The position numbers were made by a program, and so were the translations under genes. The notes under the pieces are model-generated. The model saw only the letters and a list, made by a program, of their open reading frames with translations, did no database searches and had not been told where the DNA came from. 64,000 bases of DNA, from NCBI GenBank assembly GCA_013239625.1, contig MU057344.1, forward strand, positions 1,118,276 to 1,182,275, in the 5' to 3' direction. Positions within the stretch are counted from its first letter, which is position 1, and every line of letters starts with the position of its first letter. Below are positions 46,601-59,500 of this stretch, in pieces. This stretch comes from Lama guanicoe. Its lineage: Eukaryota.

Positions 46601-47096
46601 GTGGCCCAGCAGCCTGGGAGGGCTGCGGAGGAGGGAGGGGAGGGGAGAGCTGCAGGCTGCTCCTGGCTGGCAAGCTTTGCGCAGAAGGATCCTAGAATGT
46701 AGAGGGGGGTCAGATCCTCCGCCTTGTCTGTCCCCAGAAGCTGGGGAGGGCGTCTTTCCTCCAGCTAAGGCTTTAAGGAGGAGGGAGCATCTGTCCTACC
46801 CCCGTCCTGAAGAGCTTGGTAAGTCTGAGAGGCAGAAGGTTCCGGTGGGGTGTCTGGAGGTGGTGATGCCCCCCGCCAGAAACACCCTTTGAGGCGAGGT
46901 GCCTTCCTGTGGACATGGGAGCAAAACCACTCATGGGTACAGTGATGCTAGAATTCAGGAACCTGGGATCGTAACCCACACCCCTGACTCCACCCTTCCC
47001 AGACTGGCTGCAAAGCAAAGGGCACCTTGGTCAGGATGGGAGTGTCCAGGGACATTTGCTCCCAGTGTCAGTTGAAGACTTCTGGTTGGGAATGAC

Positions 47097-47604
47097 GCTG
47101 TGGAAGCGTGTGGTGGTTCCTCAGCATCAGAGTTACTGCGTGATCCAGCAACTCCACCTGTGCTAAGAACCCAACGGAACTGAAAGCAGGGTCAGAAGAC
47201 ACCCTTGTCCACTCACGTTCACAGCAGCATGGCTGGCACTCACCCAGAGGGGGAAACAGCCCAAGGGTCCATCAACAGAGGAGTGGATGAGCAAAGCGTG
47301 TTATATCCATATGATGGAATATCATTCAGCCTTGAAAAGGGAGGAGGTTCTGACATCTGCCGCATGAGTGGCCCTCGGGAACCACCCACTGAGCACAGTC
47401 AGCCAGTCGCAGAAGGACCAGTCCTTCCCGTCCCACCTCTGTGAGAGTTCGGGAAGGTGAGAAGGTTCTGGAGGTGACGGTGGGGCTGGTTGCACAAAAC
47501 AGGTGAATGTGCTTAATGCCCCTGAGCTGTGCCCTTGAAAACGGTTGAGGTGGTAACTTTTATGTTATGTGTTTTTACCATGATTTTAAAAAATAAAAAA
47601 AAAA
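47097..47604 (+). mobile_element. Old LINE-1 (L1MA/MB-like) 3' fragment
   Basis: Recognisable L1 ORF2-end and 3' UTR phrases (GATCCAGCAACTCC, TTCACAGCAGCA, TGGAATATCATTCAGCC, TGAATGTGCTTAATGCC) and an A tail. Confidence 0.8.
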
Positions 47605-50600
47605 GAGGACTCCTTGGAGAACAGCCACACACTTCCTCCCACCAGCACTCCCCCGTCCAGCCCCAGGCCACCCTGCTCCAGACCTCCCAGTGCCCTGCAG
47701 GCAGGACTGGGCTGGAGGGACACTGCCTTACCCACCCTGCCTCCACCCCCGCCCAGACAAGAGAGTCCCCAGAGCAGGCGGCGCCATCCCCGGGGTCTCA
47801 TGGAGCACCAGGCTGTCCCCTGCCTGGGCGTTCCTGGTCCCAAGAGGGTTTCTTTCTTGGAGTGTGGGGAGTGGGCAGGCTGGGGAGGGTTAGGTGCGAG
47901 GCTGGCCTTCTAGTGGCCAGGTGGGACCCCTGGAGGCACCAGAGGGGTGGCGTCTAGGCTGCCGAGTCTGGCTGGGGGTTGGGAGGGGGTTAGGGTCTCT
48001 CCTTGGGGGTCCAGGCACGAGTTGGGTGGAGGGGAGGTAAGAGTCTCAGTTTTCGAGCACCCACTACGCACCAGGCAGGGAACACGGAGTCCTCCTCGGA
48101 ACTGTCCTGCAGGGAGTGCCCCGCCCCACTTCACAGGCAGTAGTCAGAGGGTCGCAGAGGTCCTAGGTCCTCAGGGACAGCTGGCACGGGGATGACGATA
48201 AGCTGACATTTCTGAGGGTGAGGATGACACACTGGGCAGGGCACAGGGCTCTGGTCTGTTTACCAGTGTAGGCAGGGTAGACCTGAGGACAGTAGCCTTT
48301 CCCCAAGAGCCCACTGGCACAGAGAGGTTGCTGAGGCCAGAAGCTGGGGGGGAGGGCGGGNNNNNNNNNNNNNNNNNNNNNNNNNNNNNNNNNNNNNNNN
48401 NNNNNNNNNNNNNNNNNNNNNNNNNNNNNNNNNNNNNNNNNNNNNNNNNNNNNNNNNNNNNNNNNNNNNNNNNNNNNNNNNNNNNNNNNNNNNNNNNNNN
48501 NNNNNNNNNNNNNNNNNNNNNNNNNNNNNNNNNNNNNNNNNNNNNNNNNNNNNNNNNNNNNNNNNNTGGGACTTCAACCTGCGGGGGCGGGGGGGAGTGG
48601 GGGGGAAGGAGTGTGCAGGGCCCAGGCTGGGGGCCCTGGGCGCTGATCGGAGTGGAGCCTGCCCGGAGACTGGACCCAGGAGGGGTGATGCGAACTCCGG
48701 GTGTTGGGGGCCGGCCGCATCGATCCCCTGGCCGGAGCCAAGCTCCAGATGGCGGGTGGCCAGGACAGTGGACAAAGGGCGGCCGCAGCTCTCAGGCAGC
48801 CTGCGAGGCATGCGGGCTGCCTTTGTCCCTGCGAAGGCAGAGAGCCCAGGGTGTGGGAACCTCCGGCCCCCGGAGGAAGAGGGGAGCACCATGGTGGGGG
48901 CCCTGGAGGAAGGGTGCTCTAGGGGGCAGCGGGGAGGAAACCCCGGCCCTCGCCCTCCACTCCCAGGCCCCTCCACCTTAGCTCCCGAACCCAGACCAAA
49001 GAACTGGATGCAGAGGGGTTCTTTCCTCCCCCACCCCCCACTGTAGGACACTTCCCTTCCCTGGGGCAGCAGACACCTGGGGACATCTGGGCTGAGAGGG
49101 GACTGAAGTCTGGCCCCTGCCCTGGGGGGTTGAGGCGACCGGAGGAGGGCTGAAATTGGGGCTGGGGAGACCCTTACACGGAGGAGGTAACTTTGGGGAT
49201 ACAGTTTGGTCCACAGTGGAGGTACACTGAGAACAGGCCAACTCATGGCCAGAACGCCCACCTGACATGGCAGGGAGGTGGAGGGACATCTCCCCATTGC
49301 CAACAGTTTTGGGGCAAAAATTCGATTCATTTTTCTTGTGTCTGTATTCTCCAGATTTTCTTGAAGGAGCACCTCCTACTTGTATAATTTCTAAAAGGGA
49401 ATCTATACGTTTCGGCTCCTGCAGGGGCCCTGGGGAGCACGTGGGCATTTTGGGGAAGGCTGAGACACTGCTGCTTTTCAGAAGAACTGGACTTAGGGGG
49501 ATGAAGGGAAAGGCAGGGGTGCCAAGGGAGGGCTTCTTGGAGAAGGTGATGCTTGAGGAGGCCCTTGAAGGGAGACTGGGGGTGTCTCAGGTGAGGAATT
49601 CTGGGAAGCTTTATCCAGGCAAAGAGAATGGTGGCATATGGACTTGGGGGTGAGCTGAAGCAGGAACCGGAAGTCTCCAAGTCTGGTTGGAAGAGGCTCC
49701 CCTGCGTATGTGCCAGTATGTGTGCCCAGGTGTGAGATCTGGGCTCTGGAGATGAAGGGCCTGGCATTGTGCCCCAGACCCTCAGCCTGGCCCTCTTTTC
49801 TTGGCGGGTCAGTGTGTGGACACATCTTAGGCACCCTTTCCAGCCCTGCCCCACTGCCCTGCCCTGCTGCCCGGCCATTAGTGATCCCGACTGGAGGAGC
49901 CCCTGAGCTGGGGCCATGCCACCCCTCCTGGAACAAGTGGGCCCCAGGCCCCAGGGAGAGTGTGGGGACTCCCTCTGCTGACCTCCTGCACCATCTGGGG
50001 TCAGTGCCCTGCCCAGTGCAACACCATGGCTCTTCTGGGCCTCCAGCCATGTTCAGAGGCAGGAGAGATTATCCCCATTTCACAGGGAAAACCCAAGAAA
50101 GCTGAGGTGACAAGAGTGCAGCAACTTGCTAATGGGACGGTGCCACTGCCGGCCACCTCCCTCCCTGGGAGGGGGCCTTGGCCTGGGGCCACCTGGCTGG
50201 TCAGTCAACAGCAGAGCCAAGAAGGGGATTGGGGGCTCAGGATGGCTGGGGAGGGGCCTTTCCCCCAGCATGGCCCTCAGTGCTCAGCCCCAGTCCCTCC
50301 TCCCCAGGGTCATGCTAGACCCAGGAGACGGACTTGGGGTGCCTGGAATCTGGTGACTGAGGGGGGGTACACAGAGCAGGGAGCCCAGGGCCCTGAGGAA
50401 AGGCAGGCAGGGGCTGGTGGCAATAGTGGGGTCGGATGACTTCTCCTGCCCCCTCAGCCTGGGGCCCCCATAACGGGGCCGCCTCTGCCCAGGGCAGCTG
50501 GGGTTCCACAGTTGGGCTCCTCAGCTGAGTCTGGGTGCTGCTGGCGGGGGTTCCTGGGCGCAGACTCCCTTTCGCCCCAGGACAGAACGCTGGCTGCAGC

Positions 50601-52199
50601 AGGTGACTTGGGGAGGAAGCCTGCGCTCCTGTCTCCACACCCCCGACACTGAGTGATCGCCTCTGTTGGGGGCTGGGCATCTTGTCACCCCAGGCAGATG
50701 CCAGTCAACCCCAGAGGCCAGGCTGCCCGTCGCGCACACTGCCTAGAGGAAAGCTGGCCTTCCGCGAGCACCTAGCGCCACCGAGCCCCAAAGGAGGGGC
50801 CTCGGCACCCTGGGGCTTAAGGGCAATTGTTACCAGGTCCATCGCACAAACATGGAAACTGAAGCTTCCAAAGGGGAAGGGACTGGGCCCGAGGCTGCAC
50901 AGTGAGCCAGCAGGCAGGGGCCTGCAGCTCCTCCTGCCCACAGGGCAGAGGAGGTGCAGGCTGGAGGGACAGGGCGGGGGGTGGGCAGCCTTGTCTTCTG
51001 CGCTCACCTCCTTTCCACCTACCCATGAGCCCCTGCCTCTGTTTCTCCTCCTGTGCCCTGAGGCCCAGATCCCCCCGCCCAGGTCCGGCCCTGGGGTCAG
51101 ACTCCCAGCTGCTGTCTTGCAGAGGCTCCCCAAGGTCCGAGTTCTCTAGGCTGGGCACCCTCCCTGGAGACCTCACTTCCCCATCCAAAAGGGGTGATTC
51201 CTGAGGGCGTCGCTGGGGGCACAAGCAGCTCTGCTGATGGCACTTGGCCCTGTGCTGAGCAGGCTGAAGTGGCCTCCAGCGACGAGCCTCTCTGCAGCCG
51301 CTGCTGGTTTCCGGGGTCTGCACCGCGCCCACCCGTGCAGGTACGGACCGTCCTCCCGGAAGGAGGTCTCCCTCGGGCCTTTCGGCAGTGCGCCGGGAAC
51401 TGGGTCCTGGGGGAGCAGGGACTGCAGGGATGGGTGCAGGGTGTGGAGTCCAGGCTGAGTCTGTGCTCTGCCCTTGGCTTTCTGGGCCTCAGTTTACCTG
51501 GATAAGATTGGGCCTTCCCTGCCAAGATCACCTGACGGAGGGACTGGTTCCAGGTTGCTGGAGGTGACTGAGGGTGGCCAAGGAGGGGCTGGGGTGTGGT
51601 CACTAGGCCGCACCACCTAGAAGGAGCCCCCATTGCTGGGGGTCACTGCCAGGGGCCGTCTGTGATTCTCACCTGAAATTCGACCAGTGCACTGAGTCAG
51701 GGCCACCGAGTCAGGGGACAGGGCCCTCCATGCCACCCTCCACTGGCCATGCACCAACCTCACCCTCTGCAGTGGGGAGCCAGCGGGAGCTCTGAGCAGA
51801 GAAGAGAGGCTCAGGAAGGGTCGTGTGCAGGTGCCCAGGAGGCAGACCTGGGTTGGGCTGGGGCAGCAGATGTCTGTTTCCTGGGCCTGCCGGGCTGGGG
51901 CCTGGCCACTGGGGGTCAGGTCACAAACATGGAACTCAGTCAGACTCTGTGATTCCAGGATGCTTGGACCCTTTCCCTGAAGCTGTTCTCGGATGGCCCT
52001 CAGCTTCCCCCAGCCTCCCTTCCCTCGTCTGGTCAAGGCCAGACTCTCCCCTGGGACCTGACTGGGGTTGGGGCAGGGTGTGGGTAGATATGAGGGACTC
52101 CTGTCCTCCACGGAGCGACGGGGAGTCAGCCAGAAACTGCAGGCCTGCCAATCCCCCCTCGGACTTGGGGAGCCCAGCTTTTGTGGAACAGGCCAGGCC

Positions 52200-52920
52200 C
52201 GACGTTCCAAAAAGGGCCTAGCGGCGGACTCCGAGCTGCCTGGGCACAGGCCCCAGGCCCCGCCGGCCCCAGGTGCGAAGCGAGGCCAGGGCGGCGGCGT
52301 CAGGGATGCGCGGAGGTGGGCGGTGGGAAAGCGCGGGGTCCGCGCGTCTCACGGGCGCCTCCGGATTAGGGGCCGCACGCCCACGTGGCCTCGCCCCGCC
52401 CCCGCCCCTCGAGGCCGGGGCAGGGCCGNNNNNNNNNNNNNNNNNNNNNNNNNNNNNNNNNNNNNNNNNNNNNNNNNNNNNNNNNNNNNNNNNNNNNNNN
52501 NNNNNNNNNNNNNNNNNNNNNNNNNNNNNNNNNNNNNNNNNNNNNNNNNNNNNNNNNNNNNNNNNNNNNNNNNNNNGCCCTCATTCATTCGGAGGCAGAC
52601 CCCGGCACTAATGCCGCGGGGCGCAGGCACGCTTCCGTGGCCGCCGCCGCAGTGTGGGAACCGCCGGCCGCGCGGACCCGGCGCCAGCGCCCGCCGGGAG
52701 GGGCTGGGGCGGGGGCCCCCGGCAGACCCTCCCGGGGGTCTCTGCGGTGACCCAGGGCAAGGCACTAACCCTATCCGCGCCTCGGTCTCCTTATCTGTAA
52801 AGCGGGCAGATGCCGGGGCCCGCCTCCTACGCTTTGGAGAATCAGCGTGTAAATGTAAAGCGCTTAGAACCAGGGTAGGCGCCGCGCCCTCGGCCGTTTC
52901 TGCGCCTTCCGAGAAGGACG
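52200..52920. promoter_or_regulatory. Intergenic CpG island with RBPJ sites
   Basis: CpG-dense; GGTGGGAA at 52322 and TGTGGGAA at 52653; GC boxes; contains gap 52429-52576. Confidence 0.6.
52745..52872 (+). mobile_element. MIR SINE fragment embedded in the CpG island
   Basis: GTGACCCAGGGCAAG...CCTCGGTCTCCTTATCTGTAAAGCGGG...TGTAAAGCGCTTAGAAC. Confidence 0.65.
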
Positions 52921-55189
52921 TTGTTCCATTTTTAAATCCTTGAAAACACATCTGAAGAAGAAAAATATTTTGAGACACGTGAAGAGGAGATGAAATTCAA
53001 ATTTCAGCATCCATAAATAAAGTTGTTTTGGAGCGCAGCCAGGCCATTCCCTCACTCTAAGGAAGGCTGCTTTCCTGACACAAGGCGGGGTGGAGTAGGT
53101 GGGACACAGTCCCCTCAAGCCCTACCACACTTACTAAGGGGGCACCTTTCGGAGGACGTTCGCCCCACTTGCCGTGTAGAGCAGCACCTCCAACCACGGA
53201 AGCTCTACACCGTCCCTGTGTTACCTGCTGTCCTTCCCACCCCCAGGGCGGCCCCGCCCATCCTTCTAGCTTCCAGGGGGCTGGTGTGGGAGCTCCGCTC
53301 AGGAGTGGCCTCCTTGCCGGGGCTGGGCACCTTCGTGCCCAGTGTCCAGGTAAGCAAACTGAGGCTCAGTTGGTACCTCAGGCCAAGCAACTAGTTGGTG
53401 GCTTAGGCCAGCTGGACGCTGGGTCAGGGCAGATGGGGCACCAGGGCGTGTTCCTGGATCCGTTCCTACTTTGTTACTCAGCCCCCAGGCCCCAAGCTGT
53501 GCTTCCTCCTGGCCTGGTGGGGCCCTTCCCCCTGAGTCACCCCCATCAGGTGGGCCCGTGCCCCGGAGCAAGTGTGCAGCTGTGCAGGTGGGCAAGATCG
53601 ATTCTGTCCTAGCTGCTCCCTCTGGCTCAGTTCACCGTCCTGCCACCTGCCCCTCCTTGTTCACTGGGAGCCTGAGACTGGCTCACTGGGAGCCCCTTCC
53701 TCCGCAGTGCTCCAGCTCCCGGCCTGCTGGAGAAGCGGCAGCCCGCCCTGGGCCTCATTTTCGCCATCTGATTGTCAGGGGGTTGGCCTGGCTGATCTTT
53801 AAGGAGCTCCCCTGCCACCTGGTCAGGTCACTGGGGCTTGTGAAACAAGCATGGGGGTGGGGGCACCCTGCAGTCTTAAGGGGTAGGAAATATAGGAGGG
53901 CAGCAGCTCAGAGGAAGAGGGCTTTGGGGGGATGGCAAGAGAGGACAAAGGGCCCCATGGGGGGACTGCCCACTGGTGGGTCAATTACAAGGGGTGGGGG
54001 TGGCCAGGCTCAGCTCTGGGGTGCTGAGTTTGGAAGTCCTTTCTCTTTGCTTCACTGGACTGACACAGAGCCCACTCCTCACCTAGGACGGCAGAGAGGA
54101 GAGGGGAAGCCCAGCTCTGCGGGAACCATCCCAGCCGGGACCCTCTGCTCCCCGAAATTATGGGGACCTGAGGGGTCACAGATGTGAGGTTCAGGCTCCA
54201 GGCTCCTCATAGTCATTTCTTTCTAATCCTGGGACTCTCCAGCTCCTCTCCAACCCCCTACAGGACCCTTGCCCTGACTCCAAACAACAGACTTCATCAA
54301 CATCCCCTTTGGGTACCTGCTGGGGCTCCCACCTCCTGCAGACCCCTTATTATAACTGGTAGTGAGAGCCAGGTGTCAGGGGCTCAGGGTTTCCAGCCCA
54401 TTCTGGGGACCCCTCTGTGAGACTCACCACGGCCAGTGAGCTTCCCTGAGCCCCAACCCCACCCGTGTCCCAGGGCACACCTGATGCTCCCCACAGCCAC
54501 TGGTCTGGGGGTCTCCTTGGACCCACTCAGTGGGGCAGGAGACCTGACACCCTGGTTCACGGTGAAGGCAAGGGAGGCCAGAGCAGTCCTGGGATCCCGG
54601 CTGGCCACAGGCTTAGGGCAGGAGGCAAGATGGAGCCTGATCACCCCTAGTTAGACAGTAATTACCCACTTTTAATGGTTGCTATGTGCCAGGTTGAGTG
54701 CCCAGAGCCTGGCCGTGGGGTGGGACTTGGGGAGGTGACAGGTGAGGGTACTGGGTAGAGGAGAGGGCTCTGAAATTTGGCCCTTCCTACTCTGGTTGCC
54801 CCCCAAGTCTGGCAGTGACCTCACCTTCAGTCTCCTGCCCCTATCTTCCAGGACTCAGAGGGCTCCTAGTCTCAACCAGGGGGTCGAGCAGGCAACCACC
54901 TGGGCATGCCCAACAGGCTCTGGACCCCAAGGGGAAGCCGCCACCTCCCCTGGAGCCCGCTCTCCTCAGGGAGTGAGGATAGCCCCAGTCAGCCCCCAGG
55001 GGTCTGTCTCTCTCGTGCTGGGTGGCGGGGTGGGAACCTCTGAGGTCTCGGGGCCCTGCGGACCCCGTCTGTCCGATGCCACTTGAGAAGGCCCGAGAGT
55101 GTGGGGCACAGAGGGTGTGCGCTACCATGGCTCCTGGCTCCCTGGATTCTTTCCAGGCAGCGGCCACACAGCCCTGCCCGCCCCACCAT

Positions 55190-55450
55190 CCGGCGGGAAT
55201 TTGGGCGGGAGGCCCCGCTCCGGGTGGCTTCCCACACCCCGCCCCCCGCCGAGGACATTCATCGAGCACAAAAGGCGCGTGCCCGGCGACAAACTCATTC
55301 ACAAGTGCCGCCTGGCTTTGTGTGCGGAGTTGCCGGCCCAGGGGCCATCTGGGGAGCAGTCGTCCCAGCGGGGCGGGGCCCCGGGCTGCCTTTGAAAGCT
55401 GGGAAAGCCGCAGCAGCCCCGAGCGAGGAGCTGAGGGCCACACATCTGGC
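55190..55450. promoter_or_regulatory. Candidate RBPJ/SOX/E-box enhancer
   Basis: TTCCCACA 55229, ACAAAAG 55268, CTTTGT 55316, CATCTG 55346, CTTTGAA 55390, TGGGAA 55400. Confidence 0.5.
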
Positions 55451-55614
55451 CGGCATTGCCTTCCTGTCCCCCAGCCCCTGGGTGTCCTGTGCCACCCTGG
55501 CCTGGAACAGCCAGGCATGACGCGGGGGCAAGGGGCCTGCCTCCCGCCCCCACCCTTTCAGATTGCTGCTACCCCTTGGGTGCACCTGCGGGGGCCTTCT
55601 GGAGGCAGCAGCCT

Positions 55615-55715
55615 GGGGACAGGGCTCAGGATTCAAATCCAGACACTGCCACTTGGTAGCTAGGCTCTCTGGACCTCAGTTTCTTCATCTGTAAAATGGG
55701 GCTACTAACAGCTCC
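55615..55715 (+). mobile_element. MIR SINE fragment
   Basis: Core CCTCAGTTTCTTCATCTGTAAAATGGGG and TTCAAATCC. Confidence 0.75.
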
Positions 55716-56474
55716 CCACAGGCATGGGCTGAGGAGGAAGGGAGTGAGTAAAGGCAGAGTATACAGGCAGCCTCACAGCCTTTGCCTCCACCCACCCCAC
55801 TTCCTCCAGGTTCCTGGGTGGGTAGTCCCTGCCCATGTCTGGGCTGCCTGGAAGTCGGCTGATGGAACAGGAGAAGGCTGGGCACTGGGGCCAAAGGCGC
55901 CCGGAGTGGTGTGACTTCAGCAGGAAGCTCGGCCCAGGTCTGTCCGCCGTTCAGTGGAGTAGGAGTGGTCCTGCCTCCTTCTTGGGATTCCAGGCAATTC
56001 CAGGGAGAAGGTGTACATCCTACTCAGCCTGCATGCAGTAGGCGCTAAATAAGTGTGCCCGCCTTCCCCATCCAGGCCCCCTGAGCACCCTCGAGTCTGG
56101 CCTCAGCCCCGGGCCTGCCTTGAGCGAGCCTGGCTGTGGGCCTGGCCCCGTGAGCAGGGTTGGGTAGGGGGCTGTCAGCCCCAAGCATCCCCTTGTGCTG
56201 ACCAGTCACCCAAAGGGCCAGGGGCCTGGACAGTCAGAAGGCAGAGCCCCGTGGGGCAAGGTGGAGGAGGGCTCTGGAAACCCCGGACTGCTGGGGGCAG
56301 GGAGCAGGGTGTCAGGGTTTCCACTCAGGGGACCCTTCCTGGCCAAGGGACTTGTGGGGCCAGGGCTTGGCAGACAGGACCGCTGTGGCGGTGCCCTGCC
56401 CCCACCCCTGCTGGGAGGGATGTCCTTGAGAGGGTGTCCTGCAGGCCCCGAGATAATCCCTGCCTTTGAGAGGC

Positions 56475-56505
56475 TGTGAGAGGCTGGCCCGGGGACTTTC
56501 CCACA
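56475..56505. promoter_or_regulatory. NF-kB site GGGGACTTTCC overlapping a paired RBPJ-like site
   Basis: GGGGACTTTCC 56491-56501; TGTGAGAG 56475-56482, 15-nt spacer, TTCCCACA 56498-56505. Confidence 0.5.
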
Positions 56506-59500
56506 GCCCCACATAAAGGCCGGGCCGCCAGCTGCTCTCCCACAAAAGACTCCCAGCCTTTCAGGGCCTGGAGACGGGCGGGGTGAGCAGAGGCACGGCC
56601 ACAGCCTACCTGGCCACCCCCAGGCACCGCCCGCGGCCACAGGGGCAGCGCCTGCCCGCTGACCGCTGAGGGCCCTGGAGGTCCCCAGGGCTGGGCGCTT
56701 GGGAGAGTCTTGCACAGCCACCCAGCCCGGCCACCTGCCCCTCCCCGCCACTTGCCCAGGGCTGGCACAGCTCCTGGGCCTCCCATCTCCCGGCACACGG
56801 CACACGCCCCACGCCCGCCAGCCCCTCCCCCGCAGCTCTGGCCTCGCCTCACTTCCCAGCCCCCAAGCCCGCCTGGGCCGCTCTTACCTCCCGCTTACAT
56901 CTACCCCTCACTGCCCCCCGCCCCGCCCAGTCTGCCACACGGTGCAGACCGCAGGACGGGGACGTGGGGAGGGCGGAGGGCTGGGCAAAGCCTCCTTCCC
57001 GGGGACCTCAGCTTCCTTATCTGAGATGTGGGACAGCACTGCCACTTTCCTGGGCCAGTCGGAGAGCTCCCTAAGGTTAGCTGTCTAAAAATACCGGGTC
57101 CTGGAGAAGCGGGAGGCCGGCAGGACCCCTGCCCCCAGGAATCAACTGCCCAGAACGCATCTGATGATGACCTTGTAATACGGGGACCAGCCTGGGGGAG
57201 GGAGGGGGAAGTCAGGGGAGCTTCCTGGAGGAGATAGCAGCTGGGGTCTGGCTTCTCAAAAGCGGGGGGAGGGTGGGAACGCTCAGGGGCAGAGGCTCTG
57301 GCTGACCCCTCTGCGCAACCCTGCTGGTCAGGACCCTCCTCTGATTCAGCTTGTGTCTCCACGCTGCCCTCACATCTTGGATGGCCCCTGCAGCCAATTT
57401 TGTCACCCACTGAGAATGGCCAGGCCCAGCAGGTCCCCTGGCTAGGATTGCTCTTGGTCATGTGTGAGGAGCTGGAGACGTTCATAGGCGGGACCAAGTG
57501 TGTCACCGGTGGACAGGCTGGTGGTGATCAGAGTGGCCGGTGGGGACACCTGTCTGGAGGACAGGAAGGTGGTATCAGCGAAGGAGCTGCCCTGGATTCT
57601 GACCCCCCAGGGAGGACACCACCCCAGGCCCTGCATTCTGGGCAGGTGGCTGGACCATGTGGCAGTAGGGGCGGGTACCACAACCCCGCCCACAACCCCC
57701 GCTGAGGGTGGAGGCAAGTCGTTACCCGAGCCCACAGCCTCTGCCATCAGGAGATTTGTCCAGCTCTGGCCGCCGACTGGCTGCTGGATCAGGGAGGCAC
57801 ACTTGCCCTCCACCTCACTGCCGCCTCCTTCACTCTCGTGGCATAAAGGCACTGTCACCGCCGCCTTCCTGCCACCCTCCTACACCAGGTGCTCCAGCCC
57901 CTCGTGCCCGGCAGCAGGTGTGGCCCCCTGAGTAGCCCCAAAGTGAACCCCGATCAGGGTCTGTGAGACAGAGGCGCAGGGGCGGTCCGGCAGGGTCCAG
58001 CGGACGCCCTGCCACCGCTCCGCTCTCCCTCCTGTTTGAGAAGTTTGCGTGGCGCCAACCCAGCTCCAAACTGGGGAAGGGAGATCGGGGAGATGGAGGC
58101 GGGACTGTCCAGGGTGAGCGAGGCGCCGGCCTGGTGGGGTCGGGGCCCTGTGGCCCGTGCTACCCTCCAGCTCCCCTGGCGCCGCCGCTGCCTTCACCGT
58201 CCCCGCTCTCTCCTCGCAGCCTCTCTCCCCCGCCCCCACTGCGGGTGAGTCCGGGTATGGCTTCAGGGAAGGTGTGGTGCCTGGGAGAAGCCTTCCCGAC
58301 CTCTCCCTTCACCAAGTGAGGATGGAGACTCAGGCAGAACTGAAGCTTGCAGAACGCCCCACCCTGCCCCCGCCACCCCAGGTCAGCGTGCTCGTGCAGC
58401 CCCCTCCCACAAGGGTCCAGCTGAGGCCCCGGTGGGGAGTTTGCCAGGCCCCTTGGTCCTAAAGGAGAGGGCCTGGGCTGGCCAGCCACTCCCCTTGAAG
58501 AAGGGAAAGTGTTTCCCCTCCTTTTCCTGAACAGGTGGGGCCGTCAGTGTGGGCCTTGCCAGGTCTTCACTTTGAAGGAGGGGTCCTGGGACAAGAACTT
58601 TGTACGTTACAAAGGCCGTAAGTGGCCGAGATTGTCTGTGGTGGGGGTGGGGTGGGGCAGCGCCTCGGCGGTGCTGGTGTGTCGGGAGGGCACCTTGCAG
58701 CTGGACCTCTGCTTCTCCCAGGCTGGGACGGATGGATACTCTATGTTAGAGCCAGAGCCGGGTGGGGGGTGCTGTGCTTCTGAAGGGCGTGGCCGCCTGC
58801 TGGACACTGGCGGGGGTGTGGTACAGGGGAGCTCTCCGGGGGATCGGTCATGGTCAGTGTCGGACGTGCGGGGCACATACAGCGTCTGCCTCAGAGGTGG
58901 ACTATGTAGGGCTTGGATAAAGTGCTGGTCCGCAGACTTCCCCTGGGTCTCCGCCCGGCCCCCAGCGGAGCACCACCCCGAGATTCAGGGTCCCTGCCCA
59001 GTGCATGGGAGGGATCTGGGCCTCCTTAGGTGGGGCACCGTGCCAGGATATCGTGGGCTGGACCCCCGCCCTGGATGCCTCTTCCCTGGAACCGTGGTCA
59101 ATGCTCCCAAAGGGTCCCCTGGTCCCCAGTGACAAGGAAGACCCTCAGGACGCTCTGAGCCAGGGATAGCTAGTTCCCGCCAAGGCCCTCCTGGGAGGGG
59201 GCTCCCCTTTATGTGCGCCCCCCAGGGGCCAGGCAGTGTGCTAGATGCCCAAGTCATGGGTTCGGAGGCGGAAACGCCATTGTCCCCAGTTCACAGAAAA
59301 GCAGAATGGGACCCTGGTGACTCAGGCACCCTGCCAAGGACACACCGGGAGTTGGGGGTGGGCTGGAGCCCCTCAACAGTGAGGCTGGCCTCCTCTGCCC
59401 CCACCGTGCCCACCCCTCCTGGCTGCCCAGCAGAGCAAGGAGTGGGGCTCCCCAGCGTAGCTCTTCCTGGTCCCCCAAGTCTTGCCCTCCCACTTATTCC

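Noticed and set aside
58655-58680. REST/RE1-like motif (CAGCACC half-site on the minus strand); similar half-site at about 32952
   Set aside because: The right half GGACAG is missing or in the wrong orientation.
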